Assembly: GCF_009834535.1 (NCBI RefSeq)
Contig: NC_045696.1
Location: 119,600,001 to 119,664,000, forward strand
Source: Camelus ferus
Lineage: Eukaryota
Reading direction: 5' to 3'
DNA length: 64,000 bases
Shown: positions 27,694 through 38,470 of the stretch, piece after piece
Position numbering within the stretch: the stretch's first letter is position 1
Layout of the letters: each line of letters starts with the position of its first letter
Notes under the pieces: generated by a model
The model's database searches: none
Told to the model about the DNA's origin: nothing
Seen by the model: the letters and a program-made list of their open reading frames with translations, nothing else
Translations under genes and position numbers: made by a program

Positions 27694-27996
27694 TATCTAC
27701 ACTTTGGATGGCTAAACCATAATTCTTGCATTGTAAGTTTTACTGTTAAATAGTTTTAGGGTTTCAACTATTTTTTTACTCAGAAATACGATCAAGAGTA
27801 AGTTTTGATATTAAATGTTCTAGCTGGTAGACCTTTGGTTTCTTGAGAAGACACCCTTCTAGTAAATTAAAGGAGGGAAAATTAGTGACAGTGAAGTTGT
27901 TACAGATAGCTTTGTAAAAGACACCTTTTTTTAGAGTGGACAATTAGAAGGTATCTTTACATATCAGTTACAATTAAATTCATGTGCTGCACTCTT

Positions 27997-28153
27997 TTAA
28001 AAATTTTTAAGCTTTTCTTTGGTGGGGAAGAGGTAGTTCGGCTTATTTTATCTATCTATCTACCTGTCTATCTAAGAGAGGTACTGGGGATTGAACCCAG
28101 GACCTTGTGCATGCTAAGCATGTGCTCCACCACTGAGCTCTGCCCTCTCCCCC
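27997..28153 (-). mobile_element. Camelid tRNA-derived SINE (vic-1-like)
   Basis: gaggtactggggattgaacccaggaccttgtgcatgctaagcatgtgctccaccactgagct; TSD cat(g/a)tgctgc(a/c)ctctt at 27981 and 28153. Confidence 0.92.
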
Positions 28154-28321
28154 ATATGCTGCCCTCTTACCAATAACTGAATTAGTGGCAGGTATAGTCT
28201 GTACCTCTTTAGTCTTCTATATGTACTGCCTTTTACTGTCTTTTGGATTCTTACCTTGTGCTTGTTACTTTTCTCATGTATGATGGAGTACTTCATGCAG
28301 GCTGCATAGTCTTTTTTCTGC

Positions 28322-29320
28322 CAGCTTTATTTAGGGATAATTGACAAGGAAAGAGTGTGTGTTTAAGGTGTACAACATGACAGTTTGATACACATACACA
28401 TCATGAAGTGGTTACTGCAGTCAAGCTAAAAGTGCAAATCCATCACTTTATGTAGTTATTTTGTGTATGTGTGGTAAAAACACAAGATCTACTTTCAGTA
28501 AATTCAGAATATATGTACAGTATTGTTAACCGTAGTCACCATACTGTATGTTGGATCCCTAGAATTTATTCATCGTAAAACTGAAAGTTTGTACCCTTTG
28601 ACTAACATCTCCCCATTTCCCCACCCTCAGGCTTCTGGCAACCTCCATCCTACCCTCTCCTTCTCTGAGTTCAACTTTTTTAGATTCCACATACAAATAG
28701 AATCATACAGTATCTGTCTTTCTGTGTCTGGCTTATTTCACTTACCTTAATATCCTCCAGGTTCATCTGTGTTGTTGGAAATGGCACAATTGCCTTCATT
28801 TTTACTGCTGAGTAGTATTCCATCATATATACATATACCACATTTTCTTTATCCATTCATCTGTCAGTACACACTTAAGTTGTTTCCATATCTTGGCTTT
28901 GTGAATAATGTTGTATTGAACCTAGGAGTACAGAAGTCCCTTTGAGATAACTTGCTTAATTTCCTTTGGGTCTATACCCGGAAATGAGATGGTAGGATCC
29001 TGTGGTAGTTTTATACTTAACTTTCTGAAGAAGCTCCATACTGGTTTTCATGGTAGCTGTAGTATACATTCCCATCAGCAGTGCACAAGGGTTGCCCTTT
29101 CCCCACATCTTCCCACCATGTTGTCTCAGTGTTTTGATGCTACCTGTCCCAGCAGGTGTAGAGGGAAATCTCATGGTTTTGCTTTGCATGTTCGTAATGA
29201 TTAGTGATGGCTGAGCCCCTTTTGTTGTTGTCATCTACCTATGGGCCATTTGTAGTTCTTTAGAAAGATACCTGTTTAGATTCTTAGCCCATTTTGAAAA
29301 TCAGGTTATTTTTTTCCTTC
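28322..29320 (-). mobile_element. L1MA-type 3' end (about 1 kb)
   Basis: agctttatt...ataattgaca 3' terminus, aactgaaagtttgtaccctttgac, gagtagtattccat, cattcccatcagcagtgcacaaggg. Confidence 0.9.
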
Positions 29321-29558
29321 TACAGTTTCTCACCGTTTGCCGTTACATAATATTTATTGGTGTGTAAAGCTTCATTAGAATAAGGATTGACTATTTACTC
29401 GTAATTTTATTTCCTCAGTCTAGCAGAAAGCCTGGCACATAGTAGACGATGAATAAATACACAAGAATGGATGAGTCATCGACTGACTGGATCTTACTGA
29501 GCCTCCGTTTCCCATAGATAACTGTGTAACAGTACCCACCAGTGGTGACTGAAGATTC

Positions 29559-30878
29559 AGTGGCAGTGTGTGTGATAAGTTTTGTTTCCTCTTCCCTTTG
29601 CTGACTTTCCTTTGCTTACCCAGGATAATAGAGTGAATTGTTCTTCAGGCTGTTTTCTGGTCAGTTACTGTGTTTATTATGTGTTGTAGCTAGTGTTTAT
29701 AATTCATTTCATTTATTGAGAAGGTAAGTGGCCTCACTGTGCTGGAGTACAGGATGTAGAACAGAGCTGGAAGGGTATACATACACCCACTGACTGATGA
29801 TTAAAGGGAGAGCAAGATTATCACCTAGAGTCAGGTTCTGCTCCATGCAGTAAGAGACTGAAAAATCACGACTTAAACAAGGTACAACTTCTCATCTCTC
29901 TCTTACACAGAAGTCAGGAAGTAGTCAGACCAGGGTTTCCATGGCAGTTCTGTCCCAGGAAGTGCTCAGGGACCTAGGCCCTCTAGCCTTCTGTTCCACT
30001 ACCCTAGATTCTGGTCCTTGTTTGGTTTCAGATTGTGGCCATGGAACTCATCCATGTTCCAAGAAGCAGGATGGATATGCCACCTGTCCTTTTAGGAGGT
30101 TTTCTGGAAGCCACACAGCACCCCTGCTTAGAATGCTGGTTAGAACTTTGTCCTGCAGCTCCTCACTGTAAGGAAGGCTGGGAAGATACTGTCTGTCCTG
30201 TGAGACTCTGTACTTACTTAAAAACCTTAATGTTCTGGTTGAATGGAAAATGGCAAGAATGGATGCAGAATACAGGTCTTTGCAAAGAAGGCATCAGGTT
30301 AATATGTTAGCATGATAACATATTATGCAATATATAGTAATAGTGAGAGCGTTAATTTATTATTTATTATCATTATAACATACTGGTCAGGTGAAAATAC
30401 TCGAGATCTTCAGATAACAGTGCTTGTCATTTTGGAAGTATGATCAAGTGCACATTTTTTTTAAATGGCCTAGTCGATAAATCCATTACATGTAGAGAAT
30501 TAAATGTTATCTCTTATAGGGATTTTGCATTCATAATTTAAAATATATACAGTGACTTTTTTGCAGTGGCACAAGGAGATCTCTTACTGCATGGAGCAGA
30601 ACCTGACTCTAGGTGATAATCTTGCTCTCCCTTTAATCATCAGTCAGTGGGTGTATATATACCCTTCCAGCTCTGTTCTACATCCTGTACTCCAGCACAG
30701 TGAGGCCACTTACCTTCTCAATAAATGAAATGAATTATAAACACTAGCTACAACACATAATAAACACAGTAACTGACCAGAAAACAGCCTGAAGAACAAT
30801 TCACTCTATTATCCTGGGTAAGCAAAGGAAAGTCAGCAAAGGGAAGAGGAAACAAAACTTATCACACACACTGCCACT
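29559..30878. repeat. Inverted duplication: arms 29559-29857 and 30580-30878 (299 bp each, 1 mismatch), spacer 722 bp
   Basis: Manual reverse-complement comparison of both arms; the only mismatch is C29780 opposite A30657. Confidence 0.97.
29820..30210 (-). mobile_element. MaLR LTR (MLT1-type)
   Basis: gacttaaacaagg...tctctcttacacagaagtcagg and gtaaggaaggctgggaaga antisense MLT1 motifs. Confidence 0.6.
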
Positions 30879-30937
30879 AGAGAGCAGCTGTTTCCTAATT
30901 CCCACCCTCCCCGGCGTGCTTCCACCTCATTTGCTTT

Positions 30938-31920
30938 ATATATATACATGTATGTATTTTTACTGAAGTATAGTCAGTTTACAATGTTGTGTCAATTTCT
31001 GGCTTACAGCATAATGCTTCAGTCATACGTGAACATACATATACTCGTATTCATATTCTTTTTCACCATAAGTTGCTACAAGATATTGAATGTAATTCCC
31101 TGTGCTGTGTAGTGTGAATTTGTTGTTTATCTATTTTATACATATTAGTTAGTATCTGCAAATCTTGAACTCCTAGTTTATCCCTTCCCACCCCTTTCCT
31201 CCCCTGGTAACCATAAGTTTTCTATGTCTGAGAGTCTCTTTCTGTTTTGTAATTAAGTTTTTTTGCCTTTTTTTTTTTTTTTTTTTAAGATTCCATGTGT
31301 AAGTGATATCATGGTAGTTTTCTTTCTCTTTCTGGCTTACTTCACTTAGAATGACATTCTTCAGGTCCATCCATGTTGTTGCAAATTGCATTATTTTATT
31401 CTTCTTTATGGCCGAGTAGTATTCCATTGTATAAATATACCACAACTTTATTCAGTTATCTGTTGATGAACATTTAGGTTGTTTCTGTGTCTTGGCTATT
31501 GTAAATTGTGCTGAACATCTGATACAACTTAGTAAGAAAAAAAAAACCCAATCCAAAAATGGGCAGAAGATCTAAACAAGCAATTCTCCAATGAAGACAT
31601 ACAGATGGCCTATAGGCACATGAAAAAATGCTCAATATCATTAATTATTAGAGAAATGCAAATCAAAACTACAATGAGGAACCACCTCACACCACTCAGA
31701 ATGGCCATCATTCAAAAGTCCACAAACTGTAAATGCTGGAGAAGGTGTGGAGTAAAGGGAACCCTCCTACACTGTTGGTTGGAATGTAGTTTTGTGCAAC
31801 CATTATGGAAAACAGTATCGAGATGCCTCAAAAGACTAAAAATAGACTTACCCTATGATCCAGCAATCCTACTCCTGGGCATGTATCCAGAGGGTACCTT
31901 AATTCAAAAAGATACATGTG
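30938..31920 (-). mobile_element. Relatively young camelid L1, 5'-truncated and 5'-inverted (30938-~31513 minus; ~31514-31920 plus)
   Basis: ORF2 C-terminus MWYIYTMEYYSAIKKN on minus; [19 protein letters not shown]...HCW...LPYDPAI on plus; TSD CCTCATTTGCTTT at 30925-30937 and 31921-31933, followed by a TTTT/AA endonuclease site. Confidence 0.95.
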
Positions 31921-34246
31921 CCTCATTTGCTTTTAAATCTGTTCATAAGCCTTTTCTGAAGTATATGGACTAATGAGGCATGTTTTCAAGAAGATTGTTC
32001 AGGATTCTTGAACTGTGAGAAATGTTTCTGAAACATGATTTGAACTCACTTCCTTACCATCTTTTGCCATAAGCTTTTTATTTTTTAATACTCAGAGACT
32101 AGTTTGGCACAGAGTGACCACTTAGTATACCCTAGATAAAATATTTTATTCTATAATAATCAACATGGAGTTCACGGATTTGTAAGATAGGAGGAGCTTT
32201 GGGTTGACTATGCAGAAGGGAAAAATCAATTGTGTCAACAAAAGAAATTCTGTTGTAACAAAACTGGGAACCTAAAGGGAATCTTTGAGAATGTTAAACT
32301 TTTTATCAGTAAAGTGAACGTTTTAAACCAGCTTTTCCATTAAGTGACTGTGTGAAGAGCAGGAGTAACTTTTAGATGGGATACATTTTAGCGTAAAGAA
32401 TGAAAGAACTGTTAAGTTGTCCGGTTGAAATTGTTGGCTTCTTACGAAGTTAACCTAATTTGGCCTAAAAAGTAAATGCCTGAAGAAGAAACCACACCCC
32501 CTTGCCATTGTTCAACTGAAAGACTTCAAAACAATTTGCACAACCTCTGTCAATGATTTTTCATCATAAGTACTTTCTCCATTCCTAATTTCTTAAATGC
32601 GTATTTACCTGTTTCCTCTTCCTTTAAGATGTGAGCTCATTGAGATGAGGGGCCTGTCTCATTCAGTAGGAGATAGAAAACAGTGCTGTGTGGTGCTGTT
32701 AATGTATATAAGATCTCGTATTTTTGTAATTTAATATGTCACGGGCCAGGACTCTTAACCCTTTCTCTTTCTCTAGACTGTAAAATACAGTGAATGTGGA
32801 AGAATGCAGAAACCGGTAGTCCTACTTCTTGTCAGATTTCCTGCTCCCTCCCCCAGGAACACTTAATAAACACTGGTCTGGCTCCTGGAGTGTGAAGACA
32901 GGCTTCTCACAGGCTCTCTAGAGGCCTGAGAAGGGTGGCGACCTAGTAACTGAATGGGATCTCCAGACACCAGTCTGAGTCACCTTACCAGTAGGGAGGA
33001 GGTTGTCAAAGTCCCCCCTTTTTTTCTCACTGGCTTCACTAGGGATATTTTTCAACTACCCTAAGTATCCATAATAAAATTATTTTTATTTTAAACTTCA
33101 CTGTGAATAACATTGTAGATTCTGTTTGTCCTTTAATAGATGTTGAAATGGTTCATGGAAAGGTGAAATAAGTTGCTCATGGTCACACAATTAGGTTTGT
33201 TGGTGAGAAGCTGGATTAGAGAGTCCAGGCCATTTGGCCACAGAGCCTGTCTCCTCAGTCACTATGCTGCTGTTGCAGTATTTCTCCTGGAGACAGATCC
33301 CTGCAGATGATTATTCTTAAAAGTCCAAGAAATTTAGACCCAGGGAATTTAACCAACTTGCCCAAGAACACAGCAAGTAAAGAATGGAATCAGAATTTGA
33401 GCTCCAGGCAGGCTGACTCCCGAGCCCTTGGTGGTGGCTGTCCTCAGTGTCATTGTCTTACTGCTGTCAACTCTGCTGTCAAGTCGCTCACCTGCTGGGG
33501 GCACAAGGCTCCTTCTGCTGCACCTTAACGCCCCCCATCCCATGTTCACTGACTAAAATGTAGGAATCCTCTCCTTGCTGTCTTTTATAATTTTTGCCAT
33601 TCTATTCCAGAGTCTTGTGACATAATAAAGGTTATTTCAGTGACATTATATACGGGTGGAAGAAATTGGAAGGAAACAGTATGTGTGTAACCATAGTCCC
33701 TGCCTTCAAGGAGCTTGCTTTCTGGTTGAGAAAAACCTAAGTGTGGAAGTTGACCTAGAACAAGAAAACAGGGTGTACCTGCTTAAGTCTCAGTAGGTGA
33801 CCTTAGACACCAGATACTTTGGAACAAGTTAAAATTGTCTATATAAAGAAATTTTGTTTTGCGGGGGGAAAAAACCCCTGATGATAGAATATAGGATACT
33901 GTTACTTTAGTGGTTTCATTTCCAGTTGCTTCAGATATCAAGGTGATATTTTTAATTTAGCCATGTGTAGTGATTAACATCATTTTGTATGTCAGAATAT
34001 TTGCATGTCTTTAATTTGGCTTAAAACCATTTATATATTTTAAAATAACTATGGGAATTGTTAGTGTATTTTAGTATTTTGTTGCAGTTATGTTAGGTTA
34101 TAGGTTTTTTTCATAAATAGATACTTAATGGTTTTTGTTCTTAAATTCTGATATTATCTATATCATGCTGGGTTTTTTCTTTTTATATTTTGATAAGTAA
34201 ACTGGCTTAAACATGTGAGGTAACACTAGCCCTGAAATACCTATTT

Positions 34247-34376
34247 ATTTAGTTTAGTTTAGTTTAGTTTTTCTTTTTCTTTTCTTTTTTTAAATTGAAG
34301 TACCGTCAGTTACAGTGTGTCAATTTCTGGTATACAGCACAATGTCCCAGTCATGCATATACCTACACATATACAT
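34247..34376 (-). mobile_element. Very short L1 3'-end insertion
   Basis: aattgaagtaccgtcagttacagtgtgtcaatttctggtatacagc terminus, T-rich/(TTTAG)n tail, perfect 14-bp TSD TGAAATACCTATTT at 34233 and 34377. Confidence 0.9.
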
Positions 34377-34569
34377 TGAAATACCTATTTGAAAATAACC
34401 TGTTTGGGAGTATTATCACAGTAAATGGTATGTTCCTTTGTTACCTAAATTTCTCACAGTCATAGATTATTTATCTTTTAAGATCACTTTTCTAGTCTAG
34501 TGTTGTAGGTGACAAAGATCTTAGAAGAATGTGTGCGTATAATGAGTGGAAGCAGAATAGTTGAGAAAG

Positions 34570-34745
34570 AGCTTGTGTTTGTAATTAGGCACAACTTTAC
34601 TAATTTGTCTGACTTTGGATATAACACTTAGTTTCTCAGTCTGTTTTTCCCTCTGTGCAGTGGGAATGTAGCAGGGTCGTTGTGAATATTAAATGGAAAT
34701 GTATAACACTTAGCACATCGTAAGTGTGCCAGAATAATTGTTACA
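34570..34745 (+). mobile_element. MIR SINE
   Basis: tgactttggat...ctcagtctgtttttccctctgtgcagtggg...gttgtgaatattaaatg...cacttagcaca MIR core. Other MIR-like scraps near 1250, 1580, 3700, 29500, 33150, 42100, 47170 and 56690. Confidence 0.7.
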
Positions 34746-35599
34746 TTTGTTAATTAAAATGCTGGTTGATAGAACAAAGAACAAAGATGGAAGAGGAACC
34801 ATGGTATTTTCTTTGTAATTTTTCTCTTGGGAAATAAATATCCCCGTCCTTGAGTAAACAGAGAAAGGGAGAGGAAACAGAGAATGCCAGCTCTAAATTG
34901 ATTGTTTTTTGACATTTTGACTCTTACTTGTAGCTTTGGGGTAATTAATTTTATAGGGAGGGAGAAGATTCTTTGCTTTGTGTTTCCCTGTAACTTTTTG
35001 ACCTACAGATAATTCACTACCAAGGACTTGAAGCAGTTGTTTTATGTAGTAGCTGTTTAACAGATTTAAAGGTTTTTATTCCACATCCAGATGGGAAGGT
35101 AGAATTGCTTCACTTCTTTTGTGAAAATTCAAATGATCAGTATAATTTTAGAATTAATTTTTCTCTTTGAAAATATGACTTGATTGATAAAATTCAGCAA
35201 CTTAGAAATTATTAGTGAATCTTAAATTTCTCTTGTTTAAACTCTGCATTCTTGAGTGTAACATACATCTAGTAGATTAAAAATGGTTAAAAAAGAAGAA
35301 GAAAACGTTAGGTTCATGGTATTTATATTCTCAGAAAATACTTCTCCTTGGTCTCTCATTCTGGGATTCACAGCAGACATTCTTAGGGCAGCTGTCACTA
35401 TAGGGTTAAACATTTGCTATATTGTAACATACGAAAGCAGTTAAGCTGTTTGGAATTGTTTACTTGCTAAGGCCAGTGTTAGTCAGCAGAGGCAGTACAC
35501 CAGATTTCCTTGTGGCTTTTAGTGGAAAATGTTAAAAGCGCACTCATTTTTCAGTTATAGAATTTTTTAGTTTGATCTGGATTAGTCATAGAACTGGCA

Positions 35600-37126
35600 T
35601 GAACCTTCTAATTGTGAAGGCTGTCCAAATGCACTATTTTTTCTGCTGCTAGAGGAAGTCACATCCCGAGCAGTAGCTCAGCTCTCTGCGAAGTGTTACA
35701 TGTGAGCATTACTAGGCGTTTCGTCCTGCGGTTCTGCAGTCTTTGCTCTTCAGACTGTTGCTCAGTTGGAGTGCTCCTGTGGGGCCGATTCTGAGGTTCT
35801 GTATTTTCTAAGGACCTACTCGTTTGGAGGTGTCCGTGACGTTTTGCAAGATCATCTGAGGAACAGGAGGGCGTCTGAAAAGGGCCGCTGAGGATAGCTG
35901 TAGCGGTTTTCACGGTGGAAGGAAACTACATTGGCACAGAGGCAGACGACTGAATAAAGTAGCTGGCTCAGAGAAGATGCACAGTCTGCTGTTTCTTCCT
36001 CTGAATGAAGACTGTTTCATGGAAGCTGTATTCATGTGGAGATCAAAGAAAACACTGGAATGATAAACTACGGGAGCTTTTCCCCCCATCTCTCTCTCTC
36101 TCTCTCTCTTTTTTTTTTTTAACACGAAAAGCCTTCTGGAGCAGTAATCTGAGCTCAGATGCCTTCTAATTCCTTCACAGCCTGCCTGCTCCATTAGGAT
36201 TCTCCGCTCCACGTTCTGCTGGAGCCCGTGCCCTTCTGCTGGGGCCGCCAGACAGCCGCCTGATGGGGGAGGACTGAATGCGCTGCCTCTCCTGGTCTGT
36301 TGAGGGGGATAAAGCTGACTGTTTCTTCTCGTAGATGGGGTGTCTGGATTCATAAAGCTGTATCTAGTACCAAGAGTCCCATTGTCTCCTGGGGTCTGAC
36401 TCATCGCATGTAAATGCACTGCAGCGTTGCTGTTAATGCAGAGTGCTGGGTTTTTTTCTTTCTGAAACACAGAAAGAATTGTCACCCTCTGAGCAACATT
36501 TTAAGAATTTGTGTTGAGCTCTAGATGTATTTCTTTTTTTCTGGATAGTATCTGCATTAAGCCAGTGAAGCTGAAGAAATGAAGACAAACTAGAAGTGGA
36601 AACAGAACAGTGAGATTTTATTTTTTATTTTCAGTCATAAGCAAGCCAGCTGCTGGTAACTATATGACCTTGCAGGCGAGAGTGGGTCTAGCTGTAGTCA
36701 TCTCTGTCAGCGGTTGTTTCTCATCCTGCAGCGAGTGGTGTTGTCACCCAAAACAATGATTTTTTTATGCAAGTAAATTTCTGTGAAACAGAGCAATATA
36801 ACTATTTTGGTAGGGGAAAAGTATTTTTGAATGAGCTTGTGCTGGACTCAGTTTTAGCTACTGTCATGTTGATGTGAAATTTCTTTCAAGTGTTACAGGA
36901 ACCCAACAGAAAATAATAGAATTTTGTTGTTTGGGGGAAGTTATAAGTTACGTCGTTATCATTTTAAACTTCAGTTTTTCCGATAGTGGTTATTAACTTT
37001 AAAAAACCAGCCACGCTATTCAGAGAATGATTCTAAGTGTCGTACAGAAGAGGAGGAAAAACTACTTGTGCTCTTCGAACTGTGACTTTTATCACACAGC
37101 TTAGAACTCAGGGTTTAAAGGAGCGA
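35600..37126 (+). promoter_or_regulatory. ANKRD28: Probable internal promoter and long 5' leader of the MSRVCIVV isoform
   Basis: Interspersed-repeat-free stretch with locally raised GC/CpG (about 35660-36330) and an ETS-type GAGGAAGT near 35654, directly upstream of the alternative ATG exon. TSS cannot be placed from sequence alone. Confidence 0.5.
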
Positions 37127-37243
37127 ATGAGTCGAGTGTGCATTGTAGTTTTGGAGGAGGTAGAAGATGAGTCTCCTGCATTCGTTTCTGAGTTGCCACG
37201 GGAAAGTAAATCCCTGCCTTCTCCACCTCTGGGAAATGTGTTG
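37127..37243 (+). CDS. ANKRD28: ANKRD28 alternative first coding exon, 39 codons MSRVCIVVLEEVEDESPAFVSELPRESKSLPSPPLGNVL
   Basis: ATG at 37127; 117 nt open; donor TTG|GTAAGA at 37243/37244; phase 0 joins in frame to the exon at 38387. Resembles the MSRVCIVVLEEVEDESPAF N-terminus I recall for a human ANKRD28 isoform. Confidence 0.88.
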
Positions 37244-38386
37244 GTAAGATATGAGCGTTTATATGTTTACTGTATTCTACTGGACTTGTAGCATAAATTT
37301 TACTTTTTAAGAATAAGCATAAGTTAATTTCCACACATTTCATTAAAAACCCAAATTAAAGCAATATAGATGTGTGAACATGATACAATGTTACTTGGGT
37401 ATAAAACTCACACATTTCTGATTTTCACTTTTTCAGATATTTAAATAACACTTCAGATTTTACCTCAATCTCTTAAACAGACTTTTTAAAAAAATAATTT
37501 GAGAATAGTAGTTATAGCAACCACATTTCTGTTTTTATTTTGTGGTTTTAAAAACTGATGTAACAAGAATGAGGAACTGTATGTTTTAGGAAAGGTTGAC
37601 TACTGCCAGCCACACCGGAGGCACAGCCTTTTCCGTAATGAATTTTATGTATTTACATGCAAGGCTGTTAATGAAAAAGACTCAGACCTCATCTTTAACC
37701 TTATTTTTAATGCTGTTGTCAATTGACTTCTTGTTTGACTAGCATGACATGATACCTTATCAGAGAGGCTGTGTCATTGGTTAAGAAGTTGTTACATTTA
37801 GAGATCCACGTGTCTGCCTCTTCATGGTATTCAGGTATATAATCATTTTTGGTCTTTGAATAGTAGTGATTTCTCATCAACTGCCAGATTGTCTTTCCTG
37901 GGATTTTTTGTCTCTATACATGTAATGCTAACCCATGCAAGGTACTCTGGGCCCCCAAGCAGAACTTCGCAAGGAGACCTTCCTTTGTGGGCCTCCACGT
38001 GGGCGAGAACTGCTTGTTTGACAAGTTGTATCCCACAAGTAGATGTCGAGATGTCACACTTGTATTTGGAAGAGACTTCCTTTTTACCATATATATAAAC
38101 CCACTCCTCTCATATGAAATCGAATCTGACATGTTTATTATACTATCTAATTTTGGTCATACTGAATTGATGATCATGCTGAATTTTTTTTAATTATTAG
38201 GACTTCTTTTTTTCCCCAAGGGGGAATCCTGGACATTCATATGATTTGACTTCATGAAACTTGGTTCATGTCAGAAGCCAAGTGATGAATTGTTATGATA
38301 GTGAAGAAAATCTTTAGATTTAAAAGTTATCTTTAGAATCATCCATGTGGTGTGATTAATGTTTTTATTACTCTCTTGTATTTTAG

Positions 38387-38470
38387 CCATCACTGGTGCA
38401 AGCTATATTTAATGGAGATCCTGATGAAGTCCGAGCACTAATATTTAAGAAAGAAGATGTTAACTTTCAG
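38387..38470 (+). CDS. ANKRD28: ANKRD28 coding exon 2, PSLVQAIFNGDPDEVRALIFKKEDVNFQ (start of first ankyrin repeat)
   Basis: Acceptor ctctcttgtattttAG|CCA, donor CAG|GTAAAA, 84 nt, phase 0/0. Translation matches the recalled ANKRD28 sequence. Confidence 0.96.

Noticed and set aside
31605..31973. 122-aa ORF with strong protein-like character
   Set aside because: L1 ORF2 C-terminal fragment from the inverted L1, not a host gene.
35910..36485. 191-aa minus-strand ORF antisense to the alternative first-exon region
   Set aside because: Non-ATG start, runs through a microsatellite (KKKRERERE), no recognisable domain; probably a chance ORF.
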